Below, piece after piece: positions 8,142 through 19,844 of a stretch of DNA of 43,496 nt (position 1 is the stretch's first letter; every line of letters begins with the position of its first letter). The DNA is from Leptolyngbyaceae cyanobacterium SL_7_1. Lineage in GTDB: Bacteria; Cyanobacteriota; Cyanobacteriia; Elainellales; Elainellaceae. The position numbers and the translations under genes were made by a program. The notes under the pieces were generated by a model. It made no database searches. It worked only from the letters and a program-made list of their open reading frames with translations, and was not told the DNA's origin. The DNA is taken from NCBI GenBank assembly GCA_012032525.1, contig JAAUSV010000001.1, positions 1 to 43,496 of the forward strand, in the 5' to 3' direction.

Positions 8142-11100
8142 TTACTGCACTGGCGTCAGCACCTTTTCTTTGGTTGCTTCTGGGTTGGCTTCCAGCGAGT
8201 CGGCTTCCGATGGGGGCACGAGTTGCCAAAACTGAGACAAATACTCTGACCATTGGCTGAGAATTTGTTTTGCCTTAGCGCTACCAGTGCGATCGACATG
8301 GGACTCAAGCAGTGCTTTGAGTTGTTGCTCACCAGCGGCTGTGATCACCCGTTGCATCTTGACGATCTCTGGGTTCACCTTGGTAGGGAAGGTGCCATCT
8401 TCGTCGAGGAAGTAGGCAAGTCCGCCCGTCATCCCCGCACCTACGTTACGCCCAACGTGTCCTAGCACAACCACGACCCCACCAGTCATGTATTCGCAGC
8501 AGTGATCCCCTGCCCCTTCAATCACTGCCTGTGCCTTGGAGTTTCGCACAGCAAACCGTTCGCCAGCTTGTCCGTTGGCAAACAAGACCCCGCCAGTAGC
8601 TCCATAGAGGCAGGTATTGCCAATGATCACGTTCTTCGCCGGGTCATAGGTGGCGTTGGCAAAGGGTTTGATCGCAATTTCACCACCCCCCATGCCCTTG
8701 CCCACGTAGTCGTTGGCTTCTCCTTCCAGATTGAGCGTCATTCCAGGGAGGTTGAAGGCACCAAAACTCTGACCGACACTGCCTTGGGCATTCAGAGTAA
8801 TTTGCCCTTTAAAGCCGCTGTCCCCATACTGCTTGGCGATCGCCCCCGCCAACCGTGCTCCCACCGTGCGATCGGTATTGACCACCGTAACTGCGTGGGT
8901 GACATTGCCATGATTGGCGATTGTCGCTTGAATGGCGGGTTCCCCTAAAATCTGATCGTCTAGGACAAACCCATTGCTGTGCACGGGTTCATGGTTGAGC
9001 CATTGGCGATCGGTGCGGGTATCGGGCAATTTCATCAAACAGTCTAAATTCAGCGCTTGAGTCTTGGTGAGCTGGGTGCCCTGGCGAATTGTCATCAGAT
9101 CTGCTCGACCAATGATGTCATTGAGCGATCGATAGCCCAGGTGGGCAAGCAGCGATCGCACCTCTTCTGCCACAAAGTAGAAGAAATTTACCACATGGGC
9201 AGGGGTGCCAGTAAACCGTTGCCGCAATTTTTCCTGCTGGGTTGCCACTCCAACGGGGCAATTATTGGTGTGACAAATCCGTGCCATGATACAGCCTTCC
9301 GCGATCATCGACACAGAGCCGAAGCCATATTCTTCTGCCCCCATCAATGCCGCAATCACCACATCCCAGCCTGTTTTGAAGCCGCCATCGGCTCGCAGCA
9401 AGACGCGATCGCGCAATTGGTTTTCCATCAGGACTCGATGCACCTCGCTCACCCCCAACTCCCAGGGAACCCCGGCATGTTTGATGGAGCTAAGGGGAGA
9501 TGCGCCCGTGCCCCCATCGTGTCCAGACACTTGAATAATGTCGGCATTGGCTTTGGCAACCCCGGCTGCCACCGTGCCAATGCCCACCTCCGCCACCAAC
9601 TTCACCGATACCTTGGCTGCCGGATTGATCTGGTGCAGATCAAAAATCAGTTGGGACAAGTCCTCGATCGAGTAGATGTCGTGGTGGGGTGGAGGGGAGA
9701 TCAGGGAAACACCGGGTTTCGATCGCCGTAGCATGGCGATATAGGGGCTCACCTTTTTACCGGGCAATTGTCCGCCCTCACCGGGTTTGGCTCCCTGGGC
9801 AATTTTGATTTCGATCTGTTTGGCGCTCATTAGGTATTCCGCTGTCACCCCAAACCGACCCGATGCCACCTGCTTAATGGCAGAGCTAGCGGTGTCTCCA
9901 TTTTTCAAGCCTTTGAGGTGGGGGAAGGTGGCAGAGTGCCCCGACTCATCAACGTCATTCAGCAATCGAAAGCGCACCGGGTCTTCTCCACCCTCCCCGC
10001 AGTTGGACTTGCCACCGAGCCGATTCATGGCAATCGCCAAGGTCTCGTGGGCTTCGCGGGAGAGCGATCCCAGTGACATGGCTCCGGTGCAGAAGCGCTG
10101 CACAATCACTTCTATGGGTTCTACCTCGTCGATGGCAATGGCAGGGCGATCGCTTTGGAAATCTAGTAGATCGCGCAAAGCCGTGACCGGACGACCCGCC
10201 AGATAGTCCGCATAGACTTTGTAGTGGTCGTAGCGTTGTTCTGCCACCGCTTTTGTGCAGGGCTTTTGCCATTTCCGGGCTATTCATGTGGTACTCTCCA
10301 CCCGGCTTGTAGTTGAAGAAGCCAAAGTTCTCTAGCTTTTTCGCTGCCAACTCTGGAAATGCCCGGTGGTGAAATGCCATCGTCTCCCGTCCGACATCTT
10401 CAAGGCTCAACCCACCTACCCGGGATGCCGTGCCCCGGAAGCTTAGATCCAGCACATCGGAACCAATGCCGATCGCTTCAAAAATTTGTGCGCCGTGGTA
10501 GCTCGACAGCAACGAAATTCCCATCTTAGAGAGAATTTTTAGCAATCCTGCTTCTAGGGCTTTGCGGTAGTTGTACTGTGCTCCCGCTAGTGTTGTGTTG
10601 GGCAATTTGCCCCGCTCTATAAAGCTCTGAGTTTTGGGACTATGCCACCACTGCCGCACCGTTTCCCAGGCTAGATAAGGACAAACCGCGCTGGCACCAT
10701 ACCCGATCAAGCAGGCGACGTGATGGGTGCTCCAGCATTGGGCTGTGTCCACCACCAAGGAGGCTTTCATCCGCAACCCCTGACGGATGAGGTGGTGATG
10801 CACGGCACCCACTGCTAGGAGTGGTGGAATATAGGTATAGTCCGTGTTTAAAGCCGTGGGATCTCCCGTGGTGTTGAGCGATCGCTCAACACCAAAATCT
10901 TTTGCCCGGCTTGCACGGCAGCGGTCGCCTGCTGACACAACTGCTCCACGGCATGGTGCAGGGAGGCAGTTTTATCAATGGCAAAAAGAGTAGAGAGATT
11001 AGCGGTGGCAAACCCCGATTGGCGAACGACTTCTAGCTCTGGCTCATTTAAAATTGGTGAATCCAATTTCAATAGGCGAGCGTATTCTGGCTTTTCCGCC

Positions 11101-12827
11101 AACAGATTGCCGCGCTCACCCAGTTGCAAACTTAAGGACATCACCAAACTCTCCCGCAGTGGGTCGATCGGTGGATTTGTTACCTGGGCAAACCGCTGTT
11201 TGAAATAGTCGTAGAGCAAGCGTGGTTTGTGGGACAGCACTGCCAAGGGAATGTCATCTCCCATGCAAAAGGTGGGTTCTTTGCCCTGAGATGCCATTTC
11301 CTCAATGATCATCTCCACATCTTCGGTGGTATAGCCAAAGGCAACTTGCTGCCGTAGTAACGACGCAGGTTCCATCAAATCGGTCTCTGCAAAGGGTTGT
11401 TCCTCTAGCGTCACCCGGTAGGTATTCAACCATTCGCCATAGGGCTGCGCTTTGGCAATGCGTTGCTTCAATTCCCAATTTTTGAGAATTTCGTGGCGTT
11501 CTAGGTCAACGGCGATCGCCTGCCCCGGACCCAATCGCCCCTTTTCCACAATCTCTGCTTCCGGTAGCGCCACCACGCCTGCCTCCGATGCCACCACAAT
11601 GTAGCCATCCTTGGTGATGCTGTAGCGGGCAGGGCGCAATCCGTTGCGATCGAGCGCTGCCCCCACCCGCTTACCATCGCTGAATACCAACAGTGCCGGA
11701 CCATCCCAGGGTTCCTGGATGCCACTGTAGTATTCGTAGAAATCTGTAATTTCAGGATAGGCAACCAAATCGGGCTGATTTTGGTACGCTTCGGGCACCA
11801 TAATCATCAGCGCTTCTAGGGGGCTGCACCCAGATTGCACCAACAACTCCATGACGTTATCCAGGTTGGCGGAGTCGCTATTTTGGGCATTTACCGTGGG
11901 CTTCAGCTCAGCTAGGCAATCATCCCAATCAGGGTGAGATAGATCCGCCTCCCGTGCCATCATCCAATTGATATTGCCCAGGAGCGTATTGATTTCGCCG
12001 TTGTGTCCCACCAACCGCATTGGTTGAGCTAGGGGCCATTTAGGCAGGGTGTTAGTACTAAAGCGCCGATGGTAAACAGCAAAGGCACTGGTGTAATCGG
12101 GGTGGCTCAGATCGGTGTAAAACTCACCCAGCACTGCCGATCGCACCATGCCTTTGTAAACCAGTGTCCGGCACGACAAGGAGCAGATGTAGAACTCCTG
12201 GAGCCATTCTGCTCCCTCAGGGGTGGCGGCGATCGCCTCCCGCACCATGCGCTCCGCCCGTTTGCGCACCAGGTAAAGTCGTCGCTCCAGTACGTCACCC
12301 ACCAGAGCATCAGATTTGAGAAAAACCTGTTCAATTTGGGGTTGGTTGTCCCGCGCTTGCACACCCAAAACCTCTGGGCAGACGGGCACTGGGCGCCATC
12401 CTAGCACGGTTAGTCCGGCGGTAGTTGCAGCGGTTTGTAGATGGTGACGGGCGCTCGTGGCTGCCGCCTGATCTTGGGGCAAAAACACCATTCCTACTCC
12501 GACCCGTTCGTGCGGTGCGTCTGCAAATCCTTGTTGGGATAACCAGGGAGCCAACAGCGCCCAAGGAATTGCCGTCATCATCCCTGCACCATCTCCCGAC
12601 TCTTGATCGGCGCTACATGCCCCTCGATGTTCCAAACAGGTCAGGGCAGAAAGGGCTTCCGCAATCAATTTATGGCTTTCTCGCCCTTGCTGATCGGCAA
12701 TGAATCCTACCCCACACGCGTCTCGTTCTTCGATTAACCAGCGTTGCCCTGCAAATCCTGCATCAATTCCTTGACTAACGATGCCCTGACCATTTAGCCC
12801 AACTTGATTCACGTCTCTACCATCCAT
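8142..12827 (-). CDS. glsF: Ferredoxin-dependent glutamate synthase (Fd-GOGAT, about 1561 aa). Two frame breaks.
   Basis: Three consecutive ORFs (10848-12827, 9955-10938, 8142-10247) form one protein. It has the Ntn-amidotransferase start ..[11 protein letters not shown], the block [21 protein letters not shown], the FMN domain ..[19 protein letters not shown].., and the C-terminal GXGXG domain. Its end ..[16 protein letters not shown] resembles Synechocystis GlsF as I recall it. Breaks are at 10873-10885 (deletion) and the T4 run 10250-10253 (insertion). Confidence 0.95.
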
Positions 12828-13419
12828 TCAAATAACGATTAGTTAACGATTTTGATTCAGTCCCCGCTAGAGCGACTATCCCCAAATATTCCAAACACCC
12901 CAAACCTGACTTGCCAAACTTCTATAGACTATGCCAGCACTCCTGTCCTAATACTTGTTGTTACAGTTGACACATTGTGATAAAAACTTTTTTGACGGTT
13001 GTATCAATGACTAGGAAAGCAAGCAGTTGACGAGGTGTGTAGTGCCACAAATCCGATCGCTGTAGCAGAGGTGGCTAAAGCGAGACCGCACCTTGAGTTA
13101 GAGATGATAATTTTTGACTTGTTCCAACAGAGCTCTGCTGTAAACAAGAACAGAATTAGAATTTAGTAGAAAAGGCGGGTGCTTAGCAATCCCCAATAGC
13201 AAAGAAGCAATTGAGGACTAGGTTTTCAGATCGTGCTACTACCAGCGTTGAGGCGCAAATTATCCTAAAAATTGACTAGCTCGGATAGCTGTATCCATTT
13301 TAATTTGCTTTCCTAGTTTTAATAATTATGACTCTAGCCAATCTACAGAATTGTTTTTCTAAACTGGAAGCTCAAGGGGTGGCTTGTAGGCAAGACACAA
13401 AGGATGGTGAGTAACGCCC

Positions 13420-15296
13420 GTGGTTAAGCCAGTTCAACTCCCAAGTCTAAATAGATTAAAAGTCTGGATTGCTCGTTCTTTTAGGAAACGATCGATCGCG
13501 ATTATTCCACTGCTGGCAACACTGCTATATCTGATTGTTTCTAGGGGAGTAGGGGCAGTGTCCTCTACTCGTCCGTTAAAACAGGCGTTTTCAACCATGG
13601 CTTGGTCTGTTGACACGGCTCAATCCTCACCCACCCCACTGGGCTTTGTTGCTGACACCGATCGCGTGCTGGTCAATGGGCACCCTCTGACCATCCCCTG
13701 GAGCCAATATCGAGGCGCAATTGGTCTCTCAGATAGCGGGTTGCTGAATGGATTGGGAGTTGAATTGCTCAATACAGAAAATGTCGCTCGACAACCCGTG
13801 CAATGGTTCTCCCAACCCTCCCTTACTCCCCTCATATTGGCAACTTGGCTGACCCAACGTCACCGCTATCTCGATATCACTTCCTTCAGCCACGCCGCCG
13901 GGTGGCGAATCGAAGTCAATGGAGATACCCTACGGCTCGATACTCCAACGGCGGAGGTGACTGGCATCCGTCAAGGGCGGCAGAGTTGGGGCGATCGCCT
14001 AGTGATTGATCTCGATCGCCCAACCCCTTGGCGGATCGTTGGCAATAGCAATGAGTTTACAGTGATGATTGATGCCCGTGCTGGGCAGGCATTGCGCTCG
14101 ATCGCATCAAGACGGGGTGAGTATTTAGCCGGATTTCGCTTCGAGCAATCTGCCAATCAAACCCTCCTACGCCTACAAACCTCTGGTGGGATTCAACCCC
14201 ATGGGTGGACCTTACCCAATCCCACGCGGCTAGTGATCGATCTGCGCCCAGATGCTCTGGTGCAACGCAATATTGTGTGGGCACCGGGGATACGCTGGCA
14301 ACAACAATTCCTTTCCTTGGCAGGCGATCGCTTCCCTGTGGTTTGGCTAGAAATTGATCCCCGTCACGCCGAGCTTGCGCTGCAACCCATTACTGCTAAT
14401 TCTACAGGCGCAGTGGGCACGGCTCCGCTGCTCACCATGGCTCCTCAAGCGGGGGCAATTGCCGCCATCAATGGCGGATTTTTCAATCGCAATAATCGAT
14501 TGCCCTAGGGGCTATTCGCCGCAATGGACAGTGGCTCTCTGGTGCAATTCTCAATCGCGGAGCGATCGGTTGGAATGATGCAGGGGCTGTGGGGATCGAT
14601 CGCCTTGGCTTACAAACTATTCTAACAACGCCTAATGGGCAGCAGTTTTCCATCCTTCAGTTGAACAGCGGCTATGTGACAGCAGGGCTATCGCTATATA
14701 CTCCTGAGTGGGGATCAACCTATCTGCCGCTGACAGACCAGGAAACACTAATCATCATTCAAGATAACCAAGTGGTGGGTCAACAGGTCAGTGATGTTGC
14801 CGGGCAAGCACCGATCCCCATTCCAGTCAATGGTGCACTGTTGGTAGCGCGGGCAAACGCTGCTGCTGCTGCTGCCCTGCCCCTAGGTACTCGGTTGGAA
14901 TGGACCACCACCGCCACTCCCATGAATTTCAATACCTATCCCCATGTAGTAGGAGGTGGTCCACTGCTAATTAAGAACCGTCAAATCGTCCTCAATGCTA
15001 CTGCTGAAGGGTTTTCAAGTGCCTTTGCTACCCAGGCTGCTCCTCGTAGTGTCATTGCCACCACTGCTGAGGGAACTCTGATAGTAGCAACGATTCAAAA
15101 TCGAGTAGGGGGAGCAGGAGCGACCTTACAGGAAACAGCTCAATTGATGCAACAGTGGGGGGCGATCGATGCCTTAAATCTAGATGGAGGGAGTTCCACC
15201 AGTCTTTATCTAGGTGGAGGTTTGTTAAATCGTCCTCCCCAAACGGCGGCTCGAGTCCACAATGCCATCGGAGTCTTTTTAAAGCCGGGCTTCTAG
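13420..15296 (+). CDS. Membrane-anchored AMIN-domain + phosphodiester glycosidase (NAGPA/DUF2233) family protein. One frame break.
   Basis: N-terminal TM segment (IAIIPLLATLLYLIV). AMIN-like repeat pair ..GDRLVIDLDRPTPWRI.. and ..NPTRLVIDLRPD (about 13951-14250). The C-terminal NAGPA-like region runs INGGFFNRNNRLP|LGAIRRNGQWLSG...ALNLDGGSSTSLYLGG. A deletion in the C3 run 14503-14505 joins ORFs 13420-14508 and 14589-15296. The start codon (GTG 13420) is uncertain. Confidence 0.75.
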
Positions 15297-15598
15297 CGAT
15301 CGTTGTTTTTAAAGGTCGTGTTTAAAGAATAATTGAAGCCAAGTAGCCATCGGATGAAAATTGGATTTAGATTCTGCAAACTGCTCTTCTTTTAGTCGCA
15401 CCCTGGAGGAGAACTCTGTTATGGTTAACCTCGGTTCTTTGGACGGGAGATTTCAAAGCACCCGCGCTCTACCCCGATATCCTTTAGCTAGCACTACCAG
15501 CTAGTCGTACCCGCAGGATGGATTTTAGATCGACTCTCTTAAATTTCCCAACCCCAATCCTCCCCCGCTGCTATTCACTCAACTGCAATCACTAGAAC

Positions 15599-16036
15599 AT
15601 GCTAGGAGAAACCACTGTGGCTCAACCTCAAGAAGCGATTCAACCTACTGTTTCAACCTTGCCTGCTTTGACTGCACCCAAAGGCATCGCTGCCACCGAA
15701 CTACGCCCCTGGGGATCGTTCACGGTTTTGGAAGAGGGACGAGGCTACAAGATCAAACGAATTGAGGTAAAACCAGGTCATCGGCTCAGCTTGCAGATGC
15801 ATCACCACCGTAGTGAGCACTGGATTGTCGTATCTGGTACAGCAAAGGTAACCTGTGGAGAGAAAGAAATGCTGCTTTGCAGTAATCAATCAACCTATGT
15901 TCCTCCCTGTAGCAGCCACCGCCTAGAAAATCCTGGTGTTATCCCCTTAATCCTGATTGAAGTGCAAAACGGGGAATACTTGGGAGAGGATGATATCATT
16001 CGTTTCCAAGATGATTACGCCCGCACGAAAAACTAA
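15599..16036 (+). CDS. Cupin-domain protein, mannose-6-phosphate isomerase type II C-terminal (ManC-like) domain only
   Basis: Intact 145-aa ORF. RPWGSFTVLEEGRGYKIKRIEVKPGHRLSLQMHHHRSEHWIVVSGTAKV..IPLILIEVQNGEYLGEDDIIRFQDDYAR is the classic ManC C-terminal cupin sequence. Confidence 0.75.
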   Translation: MLGETTVAQPQEAIQPTVSTLPALTAPKGIAATELRPWGSFTVLEEGRGYKIKRIEVKPGHRLSLQMHHHRSEHWIVVSGTAKVTCGEKEMLLCSNQSTYVPPCSSHRLENPGVIPLILIEVQNGEYLGEDDIIRFQDDYARTKN

Positions 16037-16094
16037 TCGTGCTCAAACAAGATTTTCCCTGCTGTTCAACTCATTAGTAAAATTCTCTCATTAC

Positions 16095-16134
16095 ACAGAG
16101 GCGCTGCTTAGGTTCAGTGCCTCTGTTATTTTGG
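16095..16134 (+). terminator. Candidate intrinsic terminator after the cupin gene
   Basis: ACAGAGGC (16095-16102) pairs with GCCTCTGT (16119-16126), with a 16-nt loop, followed by tattttgg. Its position argues for the downstream ATG 16166 as the start of the next gene. Confidence 0.45.
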
Positions 16135-16165
16135 TATGCTGCTGGTTAATTGCTTAACTGACCTC

Positions 16166-16495
16166 ATGATTCATCTGACTACAACAGCAATTGCTGAAAT
16201 TAGACGGCTTCAACTCAAGTACTCCCACCCCGTCTATTTCCGGTTGGGCATACAAGCGGGAGGGTGTGCTGATTGGTATTACACACTTGAGTTTGATGAA
16301 AAGTATGGTGCTCGTGATTACTGCTTTGACACAGGAGCAGTACAAGTAATTGTCGGCAAAGATTCTTTAACTTATGTTAAAGGGCTAACCATCGATTATT
16401 CAGAAGATCTGATGGGAGGCGGTTTCCGGTTTCACAACTCCAATGCAATTCGCAACTGTGGATGCGGTAATTCCTTTGCAGTTGAAGGGTCGTGA
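16166..16495 (+). CDS. HesB/IscA-family iron-sulfur cluster assembly accessory protein
   Basis: MIHLTTTAIAEIRRLQ... and the C-terminal CGCGNSF motif are typical of A-type carriers. An alternative upstream ATG at 16136 overlaps the terminator-like hairpin. Confidence 0.8.
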   Translation: MIHLTTTAIAEIRRLQLKYSHPVYFRLGIQAGGCADWYYTLEFDEKYGARDYCFDTGAVQVIVGKDSLTYVKGLTIDYSEDLMGGGFRFHNSNAIRNCGCGNSFAVEGS

Positions 16496-16513
16496 ATCCG
16501 TGTGATCTTTTTA

Positions 16514-16543
16514 TTGACATAATCTACAAAAAATTGCTACAGT
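16514..16543 (+). promoter_or_regulatory. Candidate sigma70-type promoter of the str operon
   Basis: TTGACA (16514-16519), an 18-nt spacer, then TACAGT (16538-16543), about 60 nt upstream of the rpsL ATG. Confidence 0.35.
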
Positions 16544-16602
16544 GGGTAGCTGTTGTGTAAAGTATTTTTCTAGTCCTAAAAGCTCTTAAACTTAACGAGT
16601 CC

Positions 16603-16986
16603 ATGCCCACTATTCAACAATTAATTCGGGACGAACGTCAGAAAACACTAAAGAAGACTAAATCTCCGGCGTTGAAAAGCTGTCCGCAGCGTCGTGGTGT
16701 TTGTACGAGGGTTTTCACTGCCACTCCAAAAAAACCTAACTCGGCTCTCCGCAAGGTTGCCCGAGTAAGGTTGACTTCTGGGTTTGAGGTTACTGCCTAC
16801 ATCCCAGGTATCGGTCACAATTTACAAGAACACTCAGTTGTGATGATTCGCGGAGGACGGGTCAAAGATCTGCCAGGGGTCCGCTATCACATCATTCGAG
16901 GCACACTAGATGCGGCTGGGGTAAAAGATCGTAAGCAGGGTCGTTCCAAGTATGGAGCCAAGCGTCCTAAGGCGGCTGCAAAGTAA
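16603..16986 (+). CDS. rpsL: 30S ribosomal protein S12
   Basis: MPTIQQLIR...[59 protein letters not shown]; intact. Confidence 0.97.
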   Translation: MPTIQQLIRDERQKTLKKTKSPALKSCPQRRGVCTRVFTATPKKPNSALRKVARVRLTSGFEVTAYIPGIGHNLQEHSVVMIRGGRVKDLPGVRYHIIRGTLDAAGVKDRKQGRSKYGAKRPKAAAK

Positions 16987-17106
16987 CATTCAGTTTGCGT
17001 AGCTTTATTCTTCAGTGCCAATCTCTCTGAGTCGGAGCACAGGAATACTATGGTGTATTCGTTTGCTCGACGACCCTTTCCTAAATTCAGTACAAGGTTT
17101 TTTTCT

Positions 17107-17577
17107 ATGTCTCGTCGTTCAGTCATCCAGAAGCGCCCTGTTCCTCCCGATCCCGTGCACAACAGTCGTCTTGTCAGCATGATGGTGCGACGGTTGATGC
17201 AGAGTGGGAAGAAATCGATCGCCAACCACATTATTTATGATGCCTTCAAAATTATTGGCGAGCGGACTGGGATAGATCCGATCGAAACTTTTGAAAAAGC
17301 CGTCCGCAACGCTACACCTCTGGTAGAGGTAAAAGCGCGGCGAGTCGGCGGAGCAACCTACCAAGTTCCTATGGAAGTTCGCTCCGATCGAGGGGTTGCA
17401 CTGGCACTGCGTTGGCTGATCCAGTTTGCTAGACAGCGATCGGGACGGTCTATGGCAAGCAAGTTAGCCAATGAGCTAATGGATGCAGCTAACCAAACTG
17501 GAAGTGCGATTCGTAAGCGGGAAGAGACCCATCGTATGGCAGAGGCGAATAAAGCATTCGCTCACTATCGGTATTAA
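17107..17577 (+). CDS. rpsG: 30S ribosomal protein S7
   Basis: [39 protein letters not shown]...[19 protein letters not shown]...AFAHYRY. The start is taken at ATG 17107 inside the longer ORF 17050-17577. Confidence 0.95.
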   Translation: MSRRSVIQKRPVPPDPVHNSRLVSMMVRRLMQSGKKSIANHIIYDAFKIIGERTGIDPIETFEKAVRNATPLVEVKARRVGGATYQVPMEVRSDRGVALALRWLIQFARQRSGRSMASKLANELMDAANQTGSAIRKREETHRMAEANKAFAHYRY

Positions 17578-17595
17578 GGGTCAATGTGTCTTCGT

Positions 17596-17634
17596 AAAGG
17601 CTTGGTCCTAGAGTGCCTGATTGGACCAGCCTTT
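17596..17634 (+). other. rpsG-fusA intergenic hairpin (12-bp stem with one bulge)
   Basis: AAAGGCtTGGTCC (17596-17608) pairs with GGACCAGCCTTT (17623-17634), with a 14-nt loop, followed by attaag. Confidence 0.3.
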
Positions 17635-17741
17635 ATTAAGACGTTGCAATTTATGATGACCTGTAGCGTGTTTGGAAAAAAGTATAAAATCTTAATAGAC
17701 CCGCTACGATAGGTATCGGCGGTAGAGACAAGGAGATAGCT

Positions 17742-19819
17742 GTGGCACGCACCGTCGCACTTGAAAGAGTTAGAAATATTGGTATTGCTGCACATATTGA
17801 TGCAGGAAAACGACAACGACTGAAAGAATTTTGTTCTATTCGGGCGTTGTCCACAAGATGGGTGAGGTTCACGAGGGTACGGCTGTAACAGATTGGATGG
17901 ATCAGGAGCGAGAGCGTGGGATCACCATCACAGCCGCTGCCATCAGCACTAGTTGGAACGATCACCAGATCAATATTATCGACACGCCTGGTCACGTTGA
18001 TTTTACGATCGAGGTAGAGCGCTCCATGCGAGTGCTAGACGGCGTAATTCTTGTGTTGTGCTCCGTGGGTGGTGTTCAACCTCAAACCGAAACGGTTTGG
18101 CGCCAGGCAAACCGGTACAATGTTCCTCGGATCGTCTTCGTCAACAAAATGGATCGAGCGGGGGCTAATTTTTTTAAGGTCTACAGCCAAGTTCGTGAGC
18201 GGTTACGGGCAAACGCTGTACCGATTCAAATTCCTATTGGTAGTGAAGATGTTTTTCGGGGTATTGTTGATCTCGTTCGGATGAAGGCATTCATCTACAG
18301 CAATGATTTGGGTACAGATATTCAGGAAACTGACATCCCAGATGATGTACGAGCTGAGGCAGAGGAGTATCGACTCAAGTTGATCGAGTCTGTAGCGGAG
18401 ACAGATGACGCTTTGACTGAGAAATACCTTGAGGGAGAAGAACTAACAGAGGACGAGTTAGTTGCTGGCTTGCGTCAAGCTACCGTTAAGGGCATGCTCA
18501 TTCCCATGCTTTGTGGCTCTGCCTTCAAAAACAAAGGGGTTCAGCTCCTACTTGATGCTGTGGTAGATTATTTGCCAGCTCCGATTGATGTTCCTCCCAT
18601 CCAGGGGACTCTGCTAGATGGCACCACTGTGGAACGTCATGCAGATGATGAAGCACCTTTATCAGCTCTGGCGTTCAAAGTGATGGCGGACAAGTTTGTC
18701 GGACGCCTAACGTTTGTACGTGTCTATTCAGGCGTTTTGAAGAAAGGGAGTTATGTTTACAATTCTTCAAAAGGCAAGAAGGAACGTGTATCACGGCTGA
18801 TTATTCTAAAGGCAGATGACCGCATCGATGTGGACGAGCTGCGAGCAGGTGATCTAGGCGCTGTTCCGGGTCTTTCGGATACATTGACTGGCGATACCCT
18901 CTGTGATGAGTCAGCCCCTGTTATTCTAGAATCACTCTTTGTTCCGGAGCCTGTCATTTCAGTAGCGGTAGAGCCTAGAACTAAGCAGGACATGGAAAAA
19001 ATGTCTAAGGCACTCAAAGCCCTCTCGGAGGAAGACCCAACCTTTAGGGTGAGTATGAATCCTGAAACAAACCAGACCGTAATTGCTGGGATGGGTGAGT
19101 TGCACTTAGAGATTTTGGTCGATCGCATGCTTCGTGAATTCAAGGTTGAAGCTAACGTGGGTGCTCCTCAAGTGGCCTATCGAGAAACGATCCGCAAGAA
19201 AGTGACTCAAGAAGGTAAATTTGTTCGGCAAAGCGGTGGCAAGGGTCAATATGGACACGTTGTTATTGAGCTAGAGCCAGGCGAACCTGGTAGTGGCTTT
19301 GAATTTGTTTCTAAAATTGTGGGAGGTTCTGTACCCAAAGAGTACATTTCTCCCGCAGAACAGGGGATGAAAGAAGCATGTGAATCTGGTATTTTGGCTG
19401 GTTATCCGGTCATTGATCTTCGCGCAACACTGATTGATGGGTCGTATCATGATGTAGACTCTTCAGAAATGGCATTCAAGATTGCAGGTTCCATGGCAAT
19501 CAAAGACGCTGTGCTGAAGGCTGCACCAGTCTTGTTAGAACCCATGATGAAGGTTGAGGTTGAGGTTCCTGAAGACTATATTGGGAACATCATCGGCGAT
19601 CTCAACTCGCGTCGTGGTCAGATCGAGGGTCAGGACACAGACCAAGGCATTGCTAAAGTAACGGCTAAGGTACCTTTGGCAGAAATGTTTGGATATGCAA
19701 CTGATGTTCGATCGAAGACGCAGGGACGTGGCACATTCTCAATGGAATTTAGCCATTACGATGAAGTGCCTCGTAATGTTGCCGAGACAATTGTGGCAAA
19801 AAGTAAAGGGAACGCATAG
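17742..19819 (+). CDS. fusA: Elongation factor G (about 692 aa). One frame break.
   Basis: GTG 17742 is preceded by AGGAG (17731-17735). [23 protein letters not shown] then shifts frame. A 1-nt deletion in the A4 run 17807-17810 restores ..[27 protein letters not shown].., which continues as ORF 17831-19819. Confidence 0.95.
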
Positions 19820-19844
19820 TCAGTAAAGAGGGACAAGTAAATTC

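Noticed and set aside
9057-9731. Long antisense shadow ORFs. Examples: 9057-9731, 8502-8948, 226-703, 2431-2898, 17651-17995, 20265-20780, 25064-25351, 28268-28654, 36489-36941, 37539-38003 and 41611-42120.
   Set aside because: All lie opposite strongly conserved genes, have Arg/Pro/Gly/Ser-rich low-complexity translations, and are the open antisense frames expected in GC-biased coding DNA.
9955-10938. ORFs 9955-10938, 36067-36450, 14354-14578, 1418-1618 and 33091-33531 as independent genes
   Set aside because: They are frame-shifted internal segments of glsF, rpoB, the glycosidase gene, DUF2079 and hisD respectively. Their conserved portions read straight on from the neighbouring ORFs.
8142-12827. 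True pseudogenisation of glsF (a possible second GOGAT elsewhere in the genome could make it dispensable)
   Set aside because: Apart from two 1-nt indels, the roughly 1560 codons show no stops or degraded motifs, and the same error class hits essential genes nearby. The palindrome-associated break is nevertheless kept as a separate finding for verification.
13001-13014. NtcA-like box GTAtcaatgacTAG upstream of glsF
   Set aside because: The 3' half is TAG rather than the required TAC, and no properly spaced -10 element follows on either strand. By itself it is not distinguishable from chance.
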